Assembly: GCA_004022145.1 (NCBI GenBank)
Contig: RCNU01000003.1
Length of the DNA: 64,000 nt
Source: Paecilomyces variotii
Lineage: Eukaryota
Reading direction: 5' to 3' (one strand)
This document shows, in pieces, positions 27,901-41,149 of this stretch (position 1 is its first letter; each line of letters opens with the position of its first letter). The position numbers were made by a program, and so were the translations under genes. The notes under the pieces are model-generated. The model was not told the DNA's origin, did not search any database, and saw only the letters and a list, made by a program, of their open reading frames with translations.

Positions 27901-29727
27901 CCGTGCCAGTGGCTCTTGGAAATCACATCGCTATGGAGAATGAACTATTCATACGGACGTACTGCCTTCTGGATCCCTATCACGCTTTCTTCGTCAGATG
28001 TCTACTTGGCCGTTCCAGAGCCCTTGTGAAATCCGGGAAACCGGAAGCCTCGAAGCTGGAGAAGTCGGCAATTTTCATTGCCCTAGATACCTTGGAGCAA
28101 CTCGTGTCGCGAACAAGGGAACTGATCGAGCTTGAAACGATCGTATCTGAACTTGCGAAAGCAATAGCTGAGAACCCGAAAAGTGCCTATCGGTTGATTC
28201 AATGGACGGCAGAACGCCCAACCGGAATTCGGAACCTCGTCTTAAAAAGTCCTCATCCGGATGTTCGCAGTAAGACCTCTCGGGTGGTTGCCTCTGCCCT
28301 TGCAAGACTGCAGGATATGCAGGACGATACATCGCTGGGTGAAGTCGAACGCGAAAAGTGGCAGGTCAGGTTTGCAAACTCTTTTGAAAAAGTGGTTGTG
28401 ACGCTCGAGAGTTTATGGCCTATCCTCCACACGGCCAGCCGGTCATGGGACGATTATTTCGACTTCCTCCTCCTGCTAGCAAATTTCGGACCGTACCAGG
28501 CTGGTGTTGTTCTCGACCATGGTTTCTTGCTAAAGTGCTTGGAGATAATCTGGCTTGACCGTGATAATACCAAGTTAAAGCGACAATATCTTGCTTATTA
28601 CAAGTTGGTTGAGAGAGGGCGAAAGTTCTCGCATAGAAAGCTCATGGATCTTTTCTTTGTCCTTATGCAGCATATCGACTTGACCCTTCCTGCTACTCCC
28701 GATGATGAGCGCCGAACTTTCCATGAAGGAAAATACTCTCTTACTGCCACCGAAAGCTCCATGATACGGCCTCTGGGCAGGAATAATGAGTTGCTATTGC
28801 TGAAGAGGATCCTTGAGCAGCATAGTAACCCCCCAGCATGCAGAAACCTTGTCGCCTTGTTTCTGGAATCTGAACCGGATGCTGGCTTGCTGGAGCCCAT
28901 ATGCAAGCTCTTAGAAGACGGCTTGAGAGTGGCTCCCGCAGCGCTTTGTGCACCCTTTCTAGAAGGGACCTTAGTCTTCTGTCGGAGGAGTCCGGACGAA
29001 GACCGAATAATAGCGCTGGTCGACTATGTTGCGAAGGGCGTCGAGTCCATCAACAACAGTGGGGGTAGAGAGCACCTTGCTTTCTTCACGAACCTCATCT
29101 CTCTCCGGAATGACAAGATTGGCAAGGATGAAGTATGGTTTACGGCCCTGGTCACGGAAAGAATACCGGACTGGGCGCCTACACTGCTGATGTATGCCGA
29201 GAAGACCGTCCGAAATATGACGTTCGAAGTCCTACGACACATGCTATTTATGAAGGGGCAGGAAGAGATGTCAGACGAATCCCGAATGTACTATACCAAG
29301 GTCGGTAAAGAGCTGGCTCACGCGTGCGTTGACAAGCTGAGAAAGACATACCTTGTAAACTCTTCACAAAGCGTTGAAGCGAGGGTCGTCGAGATTATCA
29401 TCTGGGTCATTTCTCACTGTCTGGAAACATACTATGATGACAGCGAAGAGGACGCTGAGTTTGTGCATCAGGCAACTGGTCAGTTCCACACTCTATACTT
29501 ACCGAATATTGAAATTTCCTACTAACACCTCTCTAGCTGTTAATACGGCCATCGAGGAACTCTCTGTAGATTTGCCTGACCCAACTTCAGGTAAGTCGCC
29601 CTTTCGTATGTCCACATCGTCTTCTGACTCTTGGCTTCCAGAATCTGATTTGCCTTCTCCAGAGGATTGGGAAGATAATTCTATGATGGCAAGTGACTCC
29701 GAGGTGGGGCTCGCTGGCTCACCATAA
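21938..29727 (+). CDS. Large ubiquitin carboxyl-terminal hydrolase (USP34/USP9-like); about 4 introns
   Basis: Cys box GLKNLSNTCYLNSL, QMDVDEF, His box GVLVHSGTAESGHYYSYI, WVEFNDA and NAYMLFYQR within a 2200-aa ORF. Confidence 0.92.
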
Positions 29728-30893
29728 ATGAATACAATAACCAGGGCGGAGGATTGATTGTCTATGGAGACAGGAGGATTCATGACACATGAGCGATGAT
29801 CATCCTGAACCTTGTTTACTTGCTTATTGCATAGAGCGGCGTTTCACGACTGCATAACCCTGTTAGAAAGGGAACGAACTCAGTGCACATTGTTCAAGCG
29901 ATTCGCGGTTATGTTGATCGGCACGGCTGGCGTTTGGATGCTCCTCATTGTATGATCGGCCTGACCAACTGTTGTTTTCTTATCTGTGCTTCGGGATTGA
30001 AAGGGGCAATTACGGCGACGGGCTCGGAATACTGCAGCAAAATGAATGGGAGAGTGAGATTTGTTGGCGAATATCACATTGATTAGGCATCTACGCAGAT
30101 TCACCGAGTGCCATCCTGGGTTATCAAGACTGTGGTGTGATTTTTGTAGCCGTGTATTGCTCTTGTTGAGAGGGTTAAGAGTCAATCGCAAGCTCCAAGA
30201 TTAGATGTAAAACTAAGGCAGTCTCTTAGCAGATACTTTTATCGTTAAGCCCTTCAATTGACCCGTCTTTTGTTCTTCTAATCTACTCTCGTACGACCGA
30301 ATCATTTGTTTCCTTTCAAGAGAACTATCTCCTCGAGAGAACGAATGTTGCCGACTGTGCTGTCTCGTAGGCTAGAATCGCTACATATGAGGGGCGTACA
30401 CATCTAGAGGGAGGCACATTTCAAACTTGCATTTATTTTATTTTTTTCTTCCCTTTCTTCTCAGAACATACACATGATGCTTGCTTCGTTTTTGAACAAG
30501 GAAGAATGGAAAGGTCTTCTTCCATTATAATGGAAAGATCTATTAAAAAAAAGCATCAAAAGGACTGTAGCGCCTGCGCCGGGGTTAGGTGAAAAAAAAA
30601 AAAAAAAAAGTAATAAGTCTTGCAAGATCGCTATCGCCTCTGAATATGGAAGAATTGCTTTAAAAGCATTTTTTGTGATTTTACAGAATGTCGCTTTCAA
30701 GGGTTTCTTCGTGGTAAACTCTTTTTTTATAGGACATTGAAGCTCAAATTGATACTGCTCCTCGGGGGGTGGAAAGAGGAAGTGAGTGTGCTTCATTCAG
30801 ATGGAGGTTTATTGTAGTTGATGATTGATGATTGATTGATTGTTTTGTTTGTTTCGATTGAAAGTTGAGGGACGGTTGGAATGGAAGGGAAAC

Positions 30894-32382
30894 TTAGACG
30901 TCTTCGAATTCTTCGTCGTCTTCGTCTGATTCCTCTTCTCTCTTTACCGTGGGTGCATCTGGTTCCACCTTGACCTTCTTCGCCACTGGACCCTCGTCCG
31001 CGGGCGTAGACGGGGTGGCTACGGCTGTCTGGGGTGCGCTGCTGCTGGATTCTGAGTCTAATTCTCTCTTCACCCCGGCCGTGGGCGAGGGTGCGGCTGG
31101 AACGCTCGTCGCAGCTGCGACGGCAGGAGTGGCAGAGTCGCTGGTAGATAGACCGACGTCTTCGAACTCGTCTTCCTCTTCGTCCGAGTCTTCTGCACTG
31201 CTGACATCTCGTTGGGCTTGTAGCTCGTTCTCTCGAGCCATTTCCGCGTAGTATGCGGCGACTTTATCGTCGAGCGCATCGATATCCGGCTTCTGTTCCT
31301 CTTCCTTGATTTCTGACTTGACGACGCCGTCCGTCTCCGTCTTGATCTGGGTAAGATTGCCAGCACTAGTACTGACAGTGGAGTGTGTGTGCCAGACTGG
31401 AAGAGCGTTTTGCTTCTCCAACGCAGCCTTCCGTGCCGCTTCCTCCGCCTGTTCCGCAGCGCTCTTCTCCGCAGATGATGTAAGGGAGACCTCAAGGGCC
31501 GCAGCGTCAGTCCTTGCTATTCCCCGTACGGTCTGTTGCTGCTTAGACGGAACAGCCACTGCCTGCCTGGTCGGGTTGATCTGCTGGTTGCGCACGACAT
31601 CGATCTTGTGATCCCAAGCCGTCTCGAAGTCGTTCGGAGGTACCTCGACGGAGTCGATCTGCTTCAACAACTTCAACATCTTGTCCAACTGGGCCATGAG
31701 CTTGCTGTTCTTTTCGTGCCCCGTACGATCGATACCCTCAGCCCCTTTCACATCTTCGGTCCGCTCGAGAATCGCACCGCAGTTCTGACATTCGAATCCC
31801 TCCTCTCCCACCAAGCTAAGCACATCAAGCTCCGTCCATTCTGCCTTGCACCTGAGACAGATATATTCCTTCCTTTCCTGACTGGGGGTATACTGAGCCT
31901 TGATTGTCGAGGTCAACTTGGAGACCCGGTACTTGATCGCATCGATTACTGGATGAAGCGGGATATAGTAGTATTCACGGTTGACGGGACGAGTAGAGCC
32001 ATCGCGAAGTTCAGTCCGCGTATGACTACACGATCAAAACAGAATAAATGTCAGCCATAGACTGCCAGAAAAGCGAATTATCCGAGACAAAGAAAAAACG
32101 AAAGGGAGAGGGAAATGCCATACACCGCGATAAGGCGATCCTCGCGCAGTCGACCGCAGAGTTTTCGCAGATCTTTCTGCTGCATGCCCAGAAGATAGGC
32201 CAGGTCTTCTGCATGAAGTCTGTTCGGAGACATTAGCCACAAAAATCTCAGTAAGACTTCATGTAGCCTTGGCAAAAGGAATCATACACGGAGTGTATGA
32301 AGAGCGCATCGACCACCAGGATGTGGCGCGTCTCGTAGAAAGCACGCACCACGCTGCGGATGAGCGTATTGGCGAGATCCAT
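30894..32382 (-). CDS. tfa1: General transcription factor TFIIE alpha subunit; 2 introns
   Basis: MDLANTLIRSVVRAFY | LHAEDLAYLLGMQQKDLRKLC | YYYIP..DAIKYR; zinc ribbon YICLRC..FECQNC; NALPVWHTHSTV; acidic tail EEFEDV. Confidence 0.93.
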
Positions 32383-33424
32383 GGTTGGGAAATGGGGATC
32401 GTAAGCCGGAAACGAGATAATGATCTATACGGAAACTGCGCGCCCAGCGGGCTTCGTTTGCGACTTTCAGTTCGGGGCGAGTTCGAGCGCAAGCTTCGTT
32501 AACACCGAAGTTCAAAGGCAGACAACGGACAAACACATCCTTCTCCTGTCCCGCAGCAGCTAAGCTGAGAGTGAGAAGATGAGATAAAACGAGCGGTGGG
32601 AGCGGCGGACTGGGAAGACGGCCTGCTATTGACGGCGATCGAACAATAGAGGCTGCTCGCAGTCGAGGAAGCGCAGGATCAAGTCCGATGCGGGCGATCG
32701 AAGCCGAACTGCGCAGCATCAGTGGTGGTTTTCGTCTGCCGTAGGGTGAGTCAGCAGTCTGTTCGCATTCTGTCTGGATTCTGTCTAGGATGTTACAGTA
32801 ATGTGCTTTATATTTTATTCATTCGGATGGTAATATGCATGCTGTACTTTAAAATAATCATTGGTACCAAAGTTCCAGTATAGAAAGCTGTTCATACTAC
32901 CTTGTGTAATTGTGAGAGTGTATATATATAGTTCGGAAGTTACTCCGCAGCTGCTCTTCCTCCGGAGTCGAGTCCTCAAATACATTGGAAGCTGAACACG
33001 AGAGAAGCAAGTAATCACACTATTCTAAACACATTATTGCTTTATTCAAGCTCAATAATATCAGCTTCACAGTGACTTATGTAGTTTAGGTAACTATGTA
33101 CATACAACGACGACATTGCGGCGGCTTAGTCATCACGACGACCATTGATTGGTGGCTTTGCGGGGAGAAAATGGAAATCCGCAAGAAAGAAATAATAACT
33201 ACAGCCGACTGTCGCGACATCGAATTCTCCATGCGCGCCTCTGTCCTGCTGGATTTGACAAGAGTCGGTCGACCTCTGGAACCCTTACATTCTACTATTC
33301 GTGCTCTCTCCCGACGTCCTTCACGTTCTGCATTTTGTCACCCTTCGATTCATCAGCGCAGGTACCTACGAAACCTGACCCTGACCCCGTCGCAAGCCGG
33401 ACTCCGCTTCGTTCGTAAACCAAT

Positions 33425-35379
33425 ATGGCCGGAGGCGGAGACGGAGGAGGTGGAAGCGGTAAGAAGAGAGATCTGGGAAGGGCAGAGTGGAGGTGTGTTT
33501 GCTTTGTGACAGCCAGTTTTTTTTCCTGTTTCCCGACTAACTAAGCAAGTCGGCAACCATTAGATAAAAGAGAACGGAATGAACAGCAGCAGGAAGCGAA
33601 ACGACGAAAGCTTGAGGCTGGAGAAGAACTCCAGACTCCGATCTACGCGACTCATTTCTCGCAGGAGGAGATCGCCGCGGAGGATAGACGCCCCAAGAAG
33701 AAGGTTGCGGTTTTGATGGGATATTCCGGCACAGGATACCATGGCATGCAATTGTACGATGGCATCTGCTTCTTGACCCCCAATGGATCCAGATGATTAA
33801 TAGCAATTCGCAGGAGTGATAAGGAGAAGACAATCGAGGGGGAGCTCTTCCCAGCATTTGTCGCAGCCGGCGCAATCTCCAAGGCAAATGCGGCAGACCC
33901 TAAGAAATCGTCGCTCGTCCGCTGTGCCCGCACAGACAAGGGTGTGCATGCGGCTGGCAATATCGTTTCTTTGAAGTTGATCATCGAAGACCCAGACATC
34001 GTTCAGAAAATCAATGAGAAACTGAGCCCCCAGATTCGTATTTGGGGTATCCAGCCGACCAACAAGAGCTTCAGCTGCTACCAGATGTGTGATTCCCGTA
34101 TATACGAGTACCTGATCCCGACACACTGCTTCCTACCGCCTCATCCGAGCACATACCTTGGCAAGAAGCTCACGGAGATTGCGGAGAAAACAGGCGATCT
34201 CGAGGGATTGAGAACAAGACAAGAAGAAGTTTCTGGTTTCTGGGACGAAGTTGACGAGAAGCATATCAAACCTATTCTAGTGAGCCTTCCGGAAGATATC
34301 CGGAAACTGGTAGGAAAATCGCTCTATCTAGAAGAACAGGAGAACGCATCTCCCGATGCCGATGTACCAGCGCCTGAGAGCAAGGGACCAGAGGCTCAGC
34401 CCACCGAGACGAAAGCAGAGGAACAGGCAACAGAGAACAAGCCCGCGGACGAAGGAAAAGATACTTCCTCAAAGTCCGGCCGAGGACTTTCCGAGGAGGA
34501 AATGGCACAGAAACAACTCGTCAACTCCGCCATCAAATCCATCAAGTCAGCCTACCTCACCGCAAAACGCGCTTATCGTATCCCTAAAAAACGTCTTGAG
34601 CGCCTCCAAGAGGCTCTAGATCGATATGTCGGTACCAAAAACTTCTACAACTACACCATCCAGAAGACCTTCCGCGACCCTTCCGCCAAGCGCCACATCA
34701 AATCGTTCAACGTGAACCAGGAACCTATAATCATCAACGGCACCGAATGGGTCAGTCTCAAGGTCCACGGCCAAAGCTTCATGATGCACCAGATCCGGAA
34801 AATGGTTGCGATGGCAGCACTCGTCGTCCGATGCGGCTGTGACCCTGAGCGTATTGTCGACACTTACGGCCCCACGAAGATCGCCATCCCCAAGGCTCCT
34901 GGACTCGGCCTATTACTTGAACGCCCCATCTTCGATTCATACAATAAGAGAGTCACGGATTTTGGCAAAGACCCGATCGACTTCAGCAAGTACGAGAAGG
35001 AGATCAACGAGTTCAAGCAGAGAGAGATCTACGAGCGCATCTTCCGCGAGGAAGAGGAGAAGAATAGGTAAGTTATCGAGCTATCTGTTTATCAGATACA
35101 ACATGCACGCAGCAGAGAAATCAATATTACTTGAAACTGACAACGGCATCCAGCTTCGGGGCGTTCTTCAACCACATCGACCATTTCCCCGAGGACAATT
35201 TCCTCTACGTCACCTCTGGTGGACTCGCCGCAGCGAAGCCAGCTGATCAGCCAAAGGGAGACGATAGCGGAGACTCGAAAGAACAGAAGCGTGGGAAGAG
35301 TGCCAGACAAGCCCTAGCAGATGTCGAGGGTGAATCAGAACCCGAGGGCAACATCGGTAATGGTGAAGAAGGTGGTTGA
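33425..35379 (+). CDS. pus1: tRNA pseudouridine synthase 1 (TruA family); introns at 33493-33549, 33753-33813 and 35068-35153; possible alternative start at 33231
   Basis: KKRDLGRAEW | RRPKKKVAVLMGYSGTGYHGMQ | KTIEG, ARTDKGVHAAGN (catalytic Asp), GTKNFYNYT and GQSFMMHQIRKM. Confidence 0.92.
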
Positions 35380-35963
35380 TGGAATGCTCTTGGATCAAGA
35401 ACGCATTTTTGGACGCGACGCGGTTCCCCAGGTCCCGCGCGAAATTTTATGTCATGCCCTTTTGTGGACGAGGTCTTACATCTCTCCTTAAAAGGCAAAA
35501 TTGAACGCTCTAGCAGCAGGAAAATTCGAACTGTAAAAAGTAGCTACTGTCTACAATAGTCGACTGCAACAGCATGTTGAAACAAATAAAATATTAGAAT
35601 TTTCGTCATTGACTCATTGAACAGAACATAACATTAGCATACAATAGAAGGGAAAGGAAAGAACGGATGAAGCATGAATGTTTGTGAGGACAGTTCAAAA
35701 CCGCATCGTCTGTTCCGATTTATCATAAGTCCATCGCTTGAGCAACTGTAACATAGCATAAGAAACGTCGATAGACAACCGTGAACACCAACGGCCCAGG
35801 TAAAAACTGGCAGAGACACCAAACATAGGGATAGAGAAATGAAAGGCCAAAGGAAAGCATAGGGGAAAAAGGATTCCAACAGAAATATGAAAGCTGGCAT
35901 GATCGAGCCGAAATAGTGGACAAAAAGAATCAAATATGTATAATCGCACGAGAAAGAGATTGA

Positions 35964-38900
35964 TCACCAGATCAAAGATCGGGTCTTTTGTCTGCGGACA
36001 TCTGGATTACGGGCTTCAGGCGATGACAGAGTGTGCTGATGTCTTCTCTGCGGTGGAGGAGGAGCAGGGGCTTTCGAGGCGACGGGTTTGATATTATCTT
36101 TCTTCGGTGGTGCGGGACCGTTACCAAGAACGCGCTCTGCATCTCGGCGAATGCTCAGGCTCTTCTCGCGCTTGAGGACAAGCTCTGTCCATGCCTTCGT
36201 CGGGCCACTGCTGGCGGATTGGCCCTTGCCTACCGTCTCTGCGAGGACCCTCATCCAGGCTTCCTTGTCTGAAGCGCCATCAGCGTAGAAATCGATGACT
36301 TCGCCATTGCCGAAGCGGATACGGAAACCTTCCTCGACGAACATGTATCCTTCTTCTTCTTCGGCGAAAGCAGACTTGCGTCGGCCGCCGCCTTTGGTAG
36401 AAGTTTCCTTCTGAGTGAGTGAGGACTTATCGTCGATTAGCTTCACAGCTTTGGCCAGGTTGATTGTCGCGCGAGGTTGACGGGTAGTCTCATGGTACGC
36501 AGTAAGCTTGGATCCCTGGAGACGGAAAAAGCGGCGACGCCAGTACTGTGGTTTGTTTTATCAGTGGATGCGCACTCTATATGGATCAAGAGGGATGAGA
36601 CTCACGGGACAATCACCACCCTGCTGTGATAAGAAACCTTCAAAAGAACGAGCTGCTGTGTTCTCCGCCTCTCGCATTTCCCGAATGCAGGCATTCATGC
36701 TCTTAGGCATGTCTTCATCCTTGGCCCCCTTTGGCTTCGGCACGAAGAGAAGTTGCAGTTCGAGATTGCCAATCTTATATGGCGGCTTCCTCTGAGAGCC
36801 GGAACTGGAAGAACTCTTCTTGCTCTTGACGCTGCTCGATTCTTCAACAGCCCATTCGTTGAAACAGGCCACATCGACACCGTATGGACGGCCAAAAGCA
36901 TGCTTCTCATGGTCACTCAAGCAGACATATGCACGGCCAAAGCTGCCATCACGAGCGATCAGTGTCCGGAGTTTCTCCCAAGCCCCAGAACCAGCTTTAC
37001 TCTCAGCCTTTTGTCGTTGTTGGGCCTCGAGCTGCTGTTTCAGATCCATCTCCTTACGTTTCTTTGGGGATGCAAATACTCGGCTGAAAGTTGAAGTCTT
37101 CTGCCTCGTCGGCGTGGCAGGAACAGATTCCTGCGGATAAAGCTTTGCCTCGTCGACCTTCATCTGGAGAGTCAACTGGAACTCAAGGTCATTCTGGACA
37201 ATGAGTTCAAATTCCTGTCCAATCGGAGCAGACTTTCCTAGCTCGAGCCATGCTGTAGTAACGCAGTGCAGGCCATTGTCCAGAGTAAGCGCGAAATACG
37301 ATCGCTCGCCTGCGGAACGTTAGCAAATGGCGGTTTCAACATCTCACTGTCGTACTCACCACGTGGTAGAGGCAGGTCAAGATCTTTGATGCCGACCACT
37401 TTGACAAAGAGCCTTCCTCGTTCTTCTCCTTCCTCGAGGGTCTCATTAAGGCCGTTATTCTCAAGCTCCTCAACAGCTAGAGCCGCTTCTTGGACATTGC
37501 TCGCCTGACCTGGGAGCGGTGGCACTGATCCACTGGCGGGCTTCTTTTTACCGGGTGCACCAGCTAGCTTGATGCTCTGTCGGCGATGGCCCTGCCAAGG
37601 CTCTGTGGTCCATGTTGGCTGACTGGCCTTGCGTGAGGATGAGCTCGCTGGTTTCGTTTCGCGTTGCTCTGGATTTGGTGGTGCGCTTTCTTCGTCGTTC
37701 TGGCTGCTAGCAATGATGACCTTGGTGTTCTGGCGCATGAGGTAACCTCTCTGTCTCGGGGAACTCCTGTTAGCGAGATTCTCATGTAATGGGATCGAAC
37801 TATCATATTCAGTGTCCTTGGGTTCTGGGTTTTCGCTTGTATGTCTATCCTGGGTACTTTGGGGCGGGAAAGAATGTAAACTCTGGGAAAGAGAGAGTTC
37901 AAACGCAACCTTTTGGGCTTCGATAACACGGTCGAATTCTTTATCAAGTCCGAAGAGACTATCATCATTGCCTGTAACTGGGATATCGAGTTTCACGAGA
38001 CTGCTCTGACGCTGCGGGGCTCCAAGTCCGATTTCAAGTTTAGGAATATTGTCTCCTAGTTTGGGGTGAGAAGGCGCGTTGCTACCATCTTCAGTCGAGT
38101 GGCTAGATCCGTTCGAGATCTTCTTCGTCAGGGCTGGCATTGGATGTTCCTGGTAGCTCACCTTGCGGCGAGTGGCCGCCATCGTTGCAGTATCTGCCGG
38201 GGTGAGAGACGGTCTAATCTTGAAACCTGTTCCAGGTGCTTTCACGGTCGCAATCGGATCTGGTATCGACTCCGGGTCGGATTCTGCGTCTGAATATGTC
38301 TCTTCAATCGGATGCCGAATTACAGATTCCGGAGTCGAAGGCTCCTCGTCAGAGTCATCTTTCTCCCCTGCTTCTGGGGTCTGCGGACGCTGAAGGGATT
38401 CCCTAATGTCGTTCATGTGAAGAGCAGATTCAGTCTCATTGCCCGCAGTAGAAATCTCTGTGGTTTCCTCAGACGGGCCCTGAACAGTTATCTCAGGCTT
38501 GTTTTCTGGCACTGGAGTGCTTTGTCCGTCTGATGAAGTGCTAGAGTTGAACTTTTCCTTTTCGGCCTTATCCTCGGAGTTGCGAGAATAGTGGCTGTCA
38601 TCATCATTGTCAGGCGTTGTCTGCTGTGATTCGCCTGGGGCAGTGTAGTCATGAGGTTGCTGGTCATCATATTCTGGGATGTCGTAGATATCGTAGTCAT
38701 CGTCGGTCATTTCTTGCTTGATCACGCTGCCAGTCTCCATATCATCGTCACTGTCGTTCTCGAGCGACGGGATAGGGACATCGGGATCAAAGTGTAGATA
38801 GTGGTCCGGGCTGGATTCACGCTGCGAAGACGCGCTGAAGTATTCAAAGGGCTCATCTAGAGTGATATCGTGGTTCTTGATGTTGCGTAGGATGGACTCT

Positions 38901-40398
38901 CTTGAGATACGAGGGAGTAAAACATCGTCGAATGACGCTCGGCGCCGGACTTCCTCAGTTCCCGTAGCTCTGTTTGTCTCTGACTTCTTGCCTTCGACTT
39001 CGTTGTGGGGAGTCTCGGTGCCGTCGGAAACCTCGTCGCGCTGGGAATCTTCCTTAGTCTGCTCATGATTCTGACCGTCTTCGCGGAGCATCATCAAACG
39101 TAGTCTGTCTTCTAGAGTCATGGAGCCGCCGCCGAGTTCATTAATGTCAGCTTTGGAGTACGAAGCTGGCTTAGGAGGAGATGGAAGAACTCGCTGCCCG
39201 CTGCTTACACGCTCAATCGCAGCGGAGAGCCGTGGAGACCCAGCACGACCCAGTTGATTATTCGCAAACGGCAGAGGAGGAAGCGGCCGTCGCTCACCAT
39301 TCGAGTCCAAAGACTCGACTCTAGATTCGCTTGCGTTCGAGTGGCTAGAATGAGGTCGCACCTCCGGTCCAGGGCTTCCAGCGCCGGGAGTTCCACGCGC
39401 ATCCGTGAAAGGGTCCTCTTCCGATTGAGCCAGCTCATCGTTGGCACTGGCAGGGCTCATGAATCGCCAGTCGTCAGGCAGTACAACCGGTGTTTTCTCA
39501 GTGTCTTCCAAAGATGCGTCAAAGCTGTCGTCCGCCCTGTCATATGGCGAGCCTGTATCAAAGCTGATCTCCGCAAATTCTTCTTCCGAATCATAGCTTC
39601 CGTCGCGCGACTCAGATGCGATAGAAGACGGGTCTGGTGTTGTCATTTCATATTCATTCACCTGCGGCGGTGCGTTGTCGAATGTAACGCTCTTGGCATG
39701 TCGGTGGTGGCTTTGTCCATTGACTGCGTGCTGTGACGCAGTGCGATCATCCGACCAGATCTGGCCCTGGGGATCGAAGTCATTCCCCTTGGCCCCAAAA
39801 CGTGTCGCCTTTGAAAGAGATGATTTAGCCGGCGAGGCTTGATCCTTGGTGGGAGATTGCTGTGGAAGACTGTTTCCATTTGCAGCGGGACCCTGATCGC
39901 CATTGCTCTGTTGACTGCTCAGCCTTGTCGATGGGTCGCCGTCCAGGCTACTGGTGCTTTGGTTGAAGGCTCTTCCGGTAGCGAGGGGTCGTTCCAGGAC
40001 GCGAACATGGGCAGGGTCGTATTCTTGTTTGTGTTCACGGGCGAACATGCTACTGTTCTTCACACGAGAAGCACGCTTCAGGTTCTCGATGGATGCGCGC
40101 TTTGGAGAGACGATAGGTGCTTCCGGGTCATATGGAGCTGTGTTTTCCATGCTGGTGCGGAAGGGGGATCCAGAATCACGTCCCTGCCAGAAGAGACGAG
40201 GAGACGAGTTGAAAGGGGAAGAGCCGAACGGCGACGAGTCCCCGTGGATCATTTTCTGCACGCCTAATTAGCATGGAAACACGGAAGATTGATCAGATTT
40301 TAAGCAACCTTAGTGGCTTGGTTCCAGCTAGGAGAGTTTCGTCTCTGGGCCACTGGACTCAGTTCCGACAGCGGACGCTGCCCTGTGATACCTCCCAT
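35964..40398 (-). CDS. bud4: Bud4/anillin-like septin-associated protein with a C-terminal PH domain; introns including 40256-40308
   Basis: Exon 1 is MGGITGQRPLSELSP. Later segments include RASIENLKRASRVKNS, KSVTFD..PPQVNEYE, RGYLMRQNTKV, GRLFVKVVGIKDLDLPLP and EGFLSQQGGDCP|YWRRRFF..FRIRFGNGEVIDFYAD. Confidence 0.88.
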
Positions 40399-41149
40399 TT
40401 TTGGACGCGAAAGACCAAACGAAGTGCCTTGGTACGTAAGAAGACTGCAAACAGGACGGGTCAGCGACCTCTCTGTGTGTCCACGTCTTTATTTCAAGAC
40501 AGCACACGTAATGTGAGGGGAAGAAAAACACGCGGGATGTTCAGATGTCTTCATACCTTCAAATTTTAGTGTCTATCAGAAGGATGGAATCTGCCACTGG
40601 CACGTCACGATTGAAAGTGCTGTGACAGCCCTACTGTTTGCCGGAGTCCCTGGTGGCAACTGAGATCCGTCAATGACAGCAGGAATGTGACAAGATAATA
40701 ATTTGGGGTGATAATGTTGTGCGGCTGTACACAGCGGAAGGCTGCTGCGTTAGATCCCGCAGGCTGCAAAAAGACACTGTACGAGATAAAAGAAATGCCC
40801 CAGTAGGGTACAGACAAGTTGCCTGCAGGACGAAGAGTAAATACACGGGAAGGAAAAGAAGACGAAGGGATGGATGAAGGAGGAGTGAATGAAGGTGCAG
40901 TTCATCAAGGGAGAAGAGTTATGACGGTGTTGACAACCTATCGCCATCTCCATAGCAACGCGCCAACTGATAACCGCATTGGCGCGCTAAGCCCGTCTAG
41001 CGCCGGCCTTGTTTCTCCGCGATCTCTGGCTTTCTTTGGCTCGACCCGGACGATCTTGGTCGCTAATTTACTCTAGTCGCCCTGCGCTATCGAAACTTTT
41101 TCGGACTTCACCCCAGGCTGCGAGATAGCACATCTGCGCTGTCTTCGAG

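Noticed and set aside
29591-29641. Stop-free 51-nt intron near the end of the USP gene
   Set aside because: Canonical GTAAGT donor and ordinary size; no evidence of a functional read-through.
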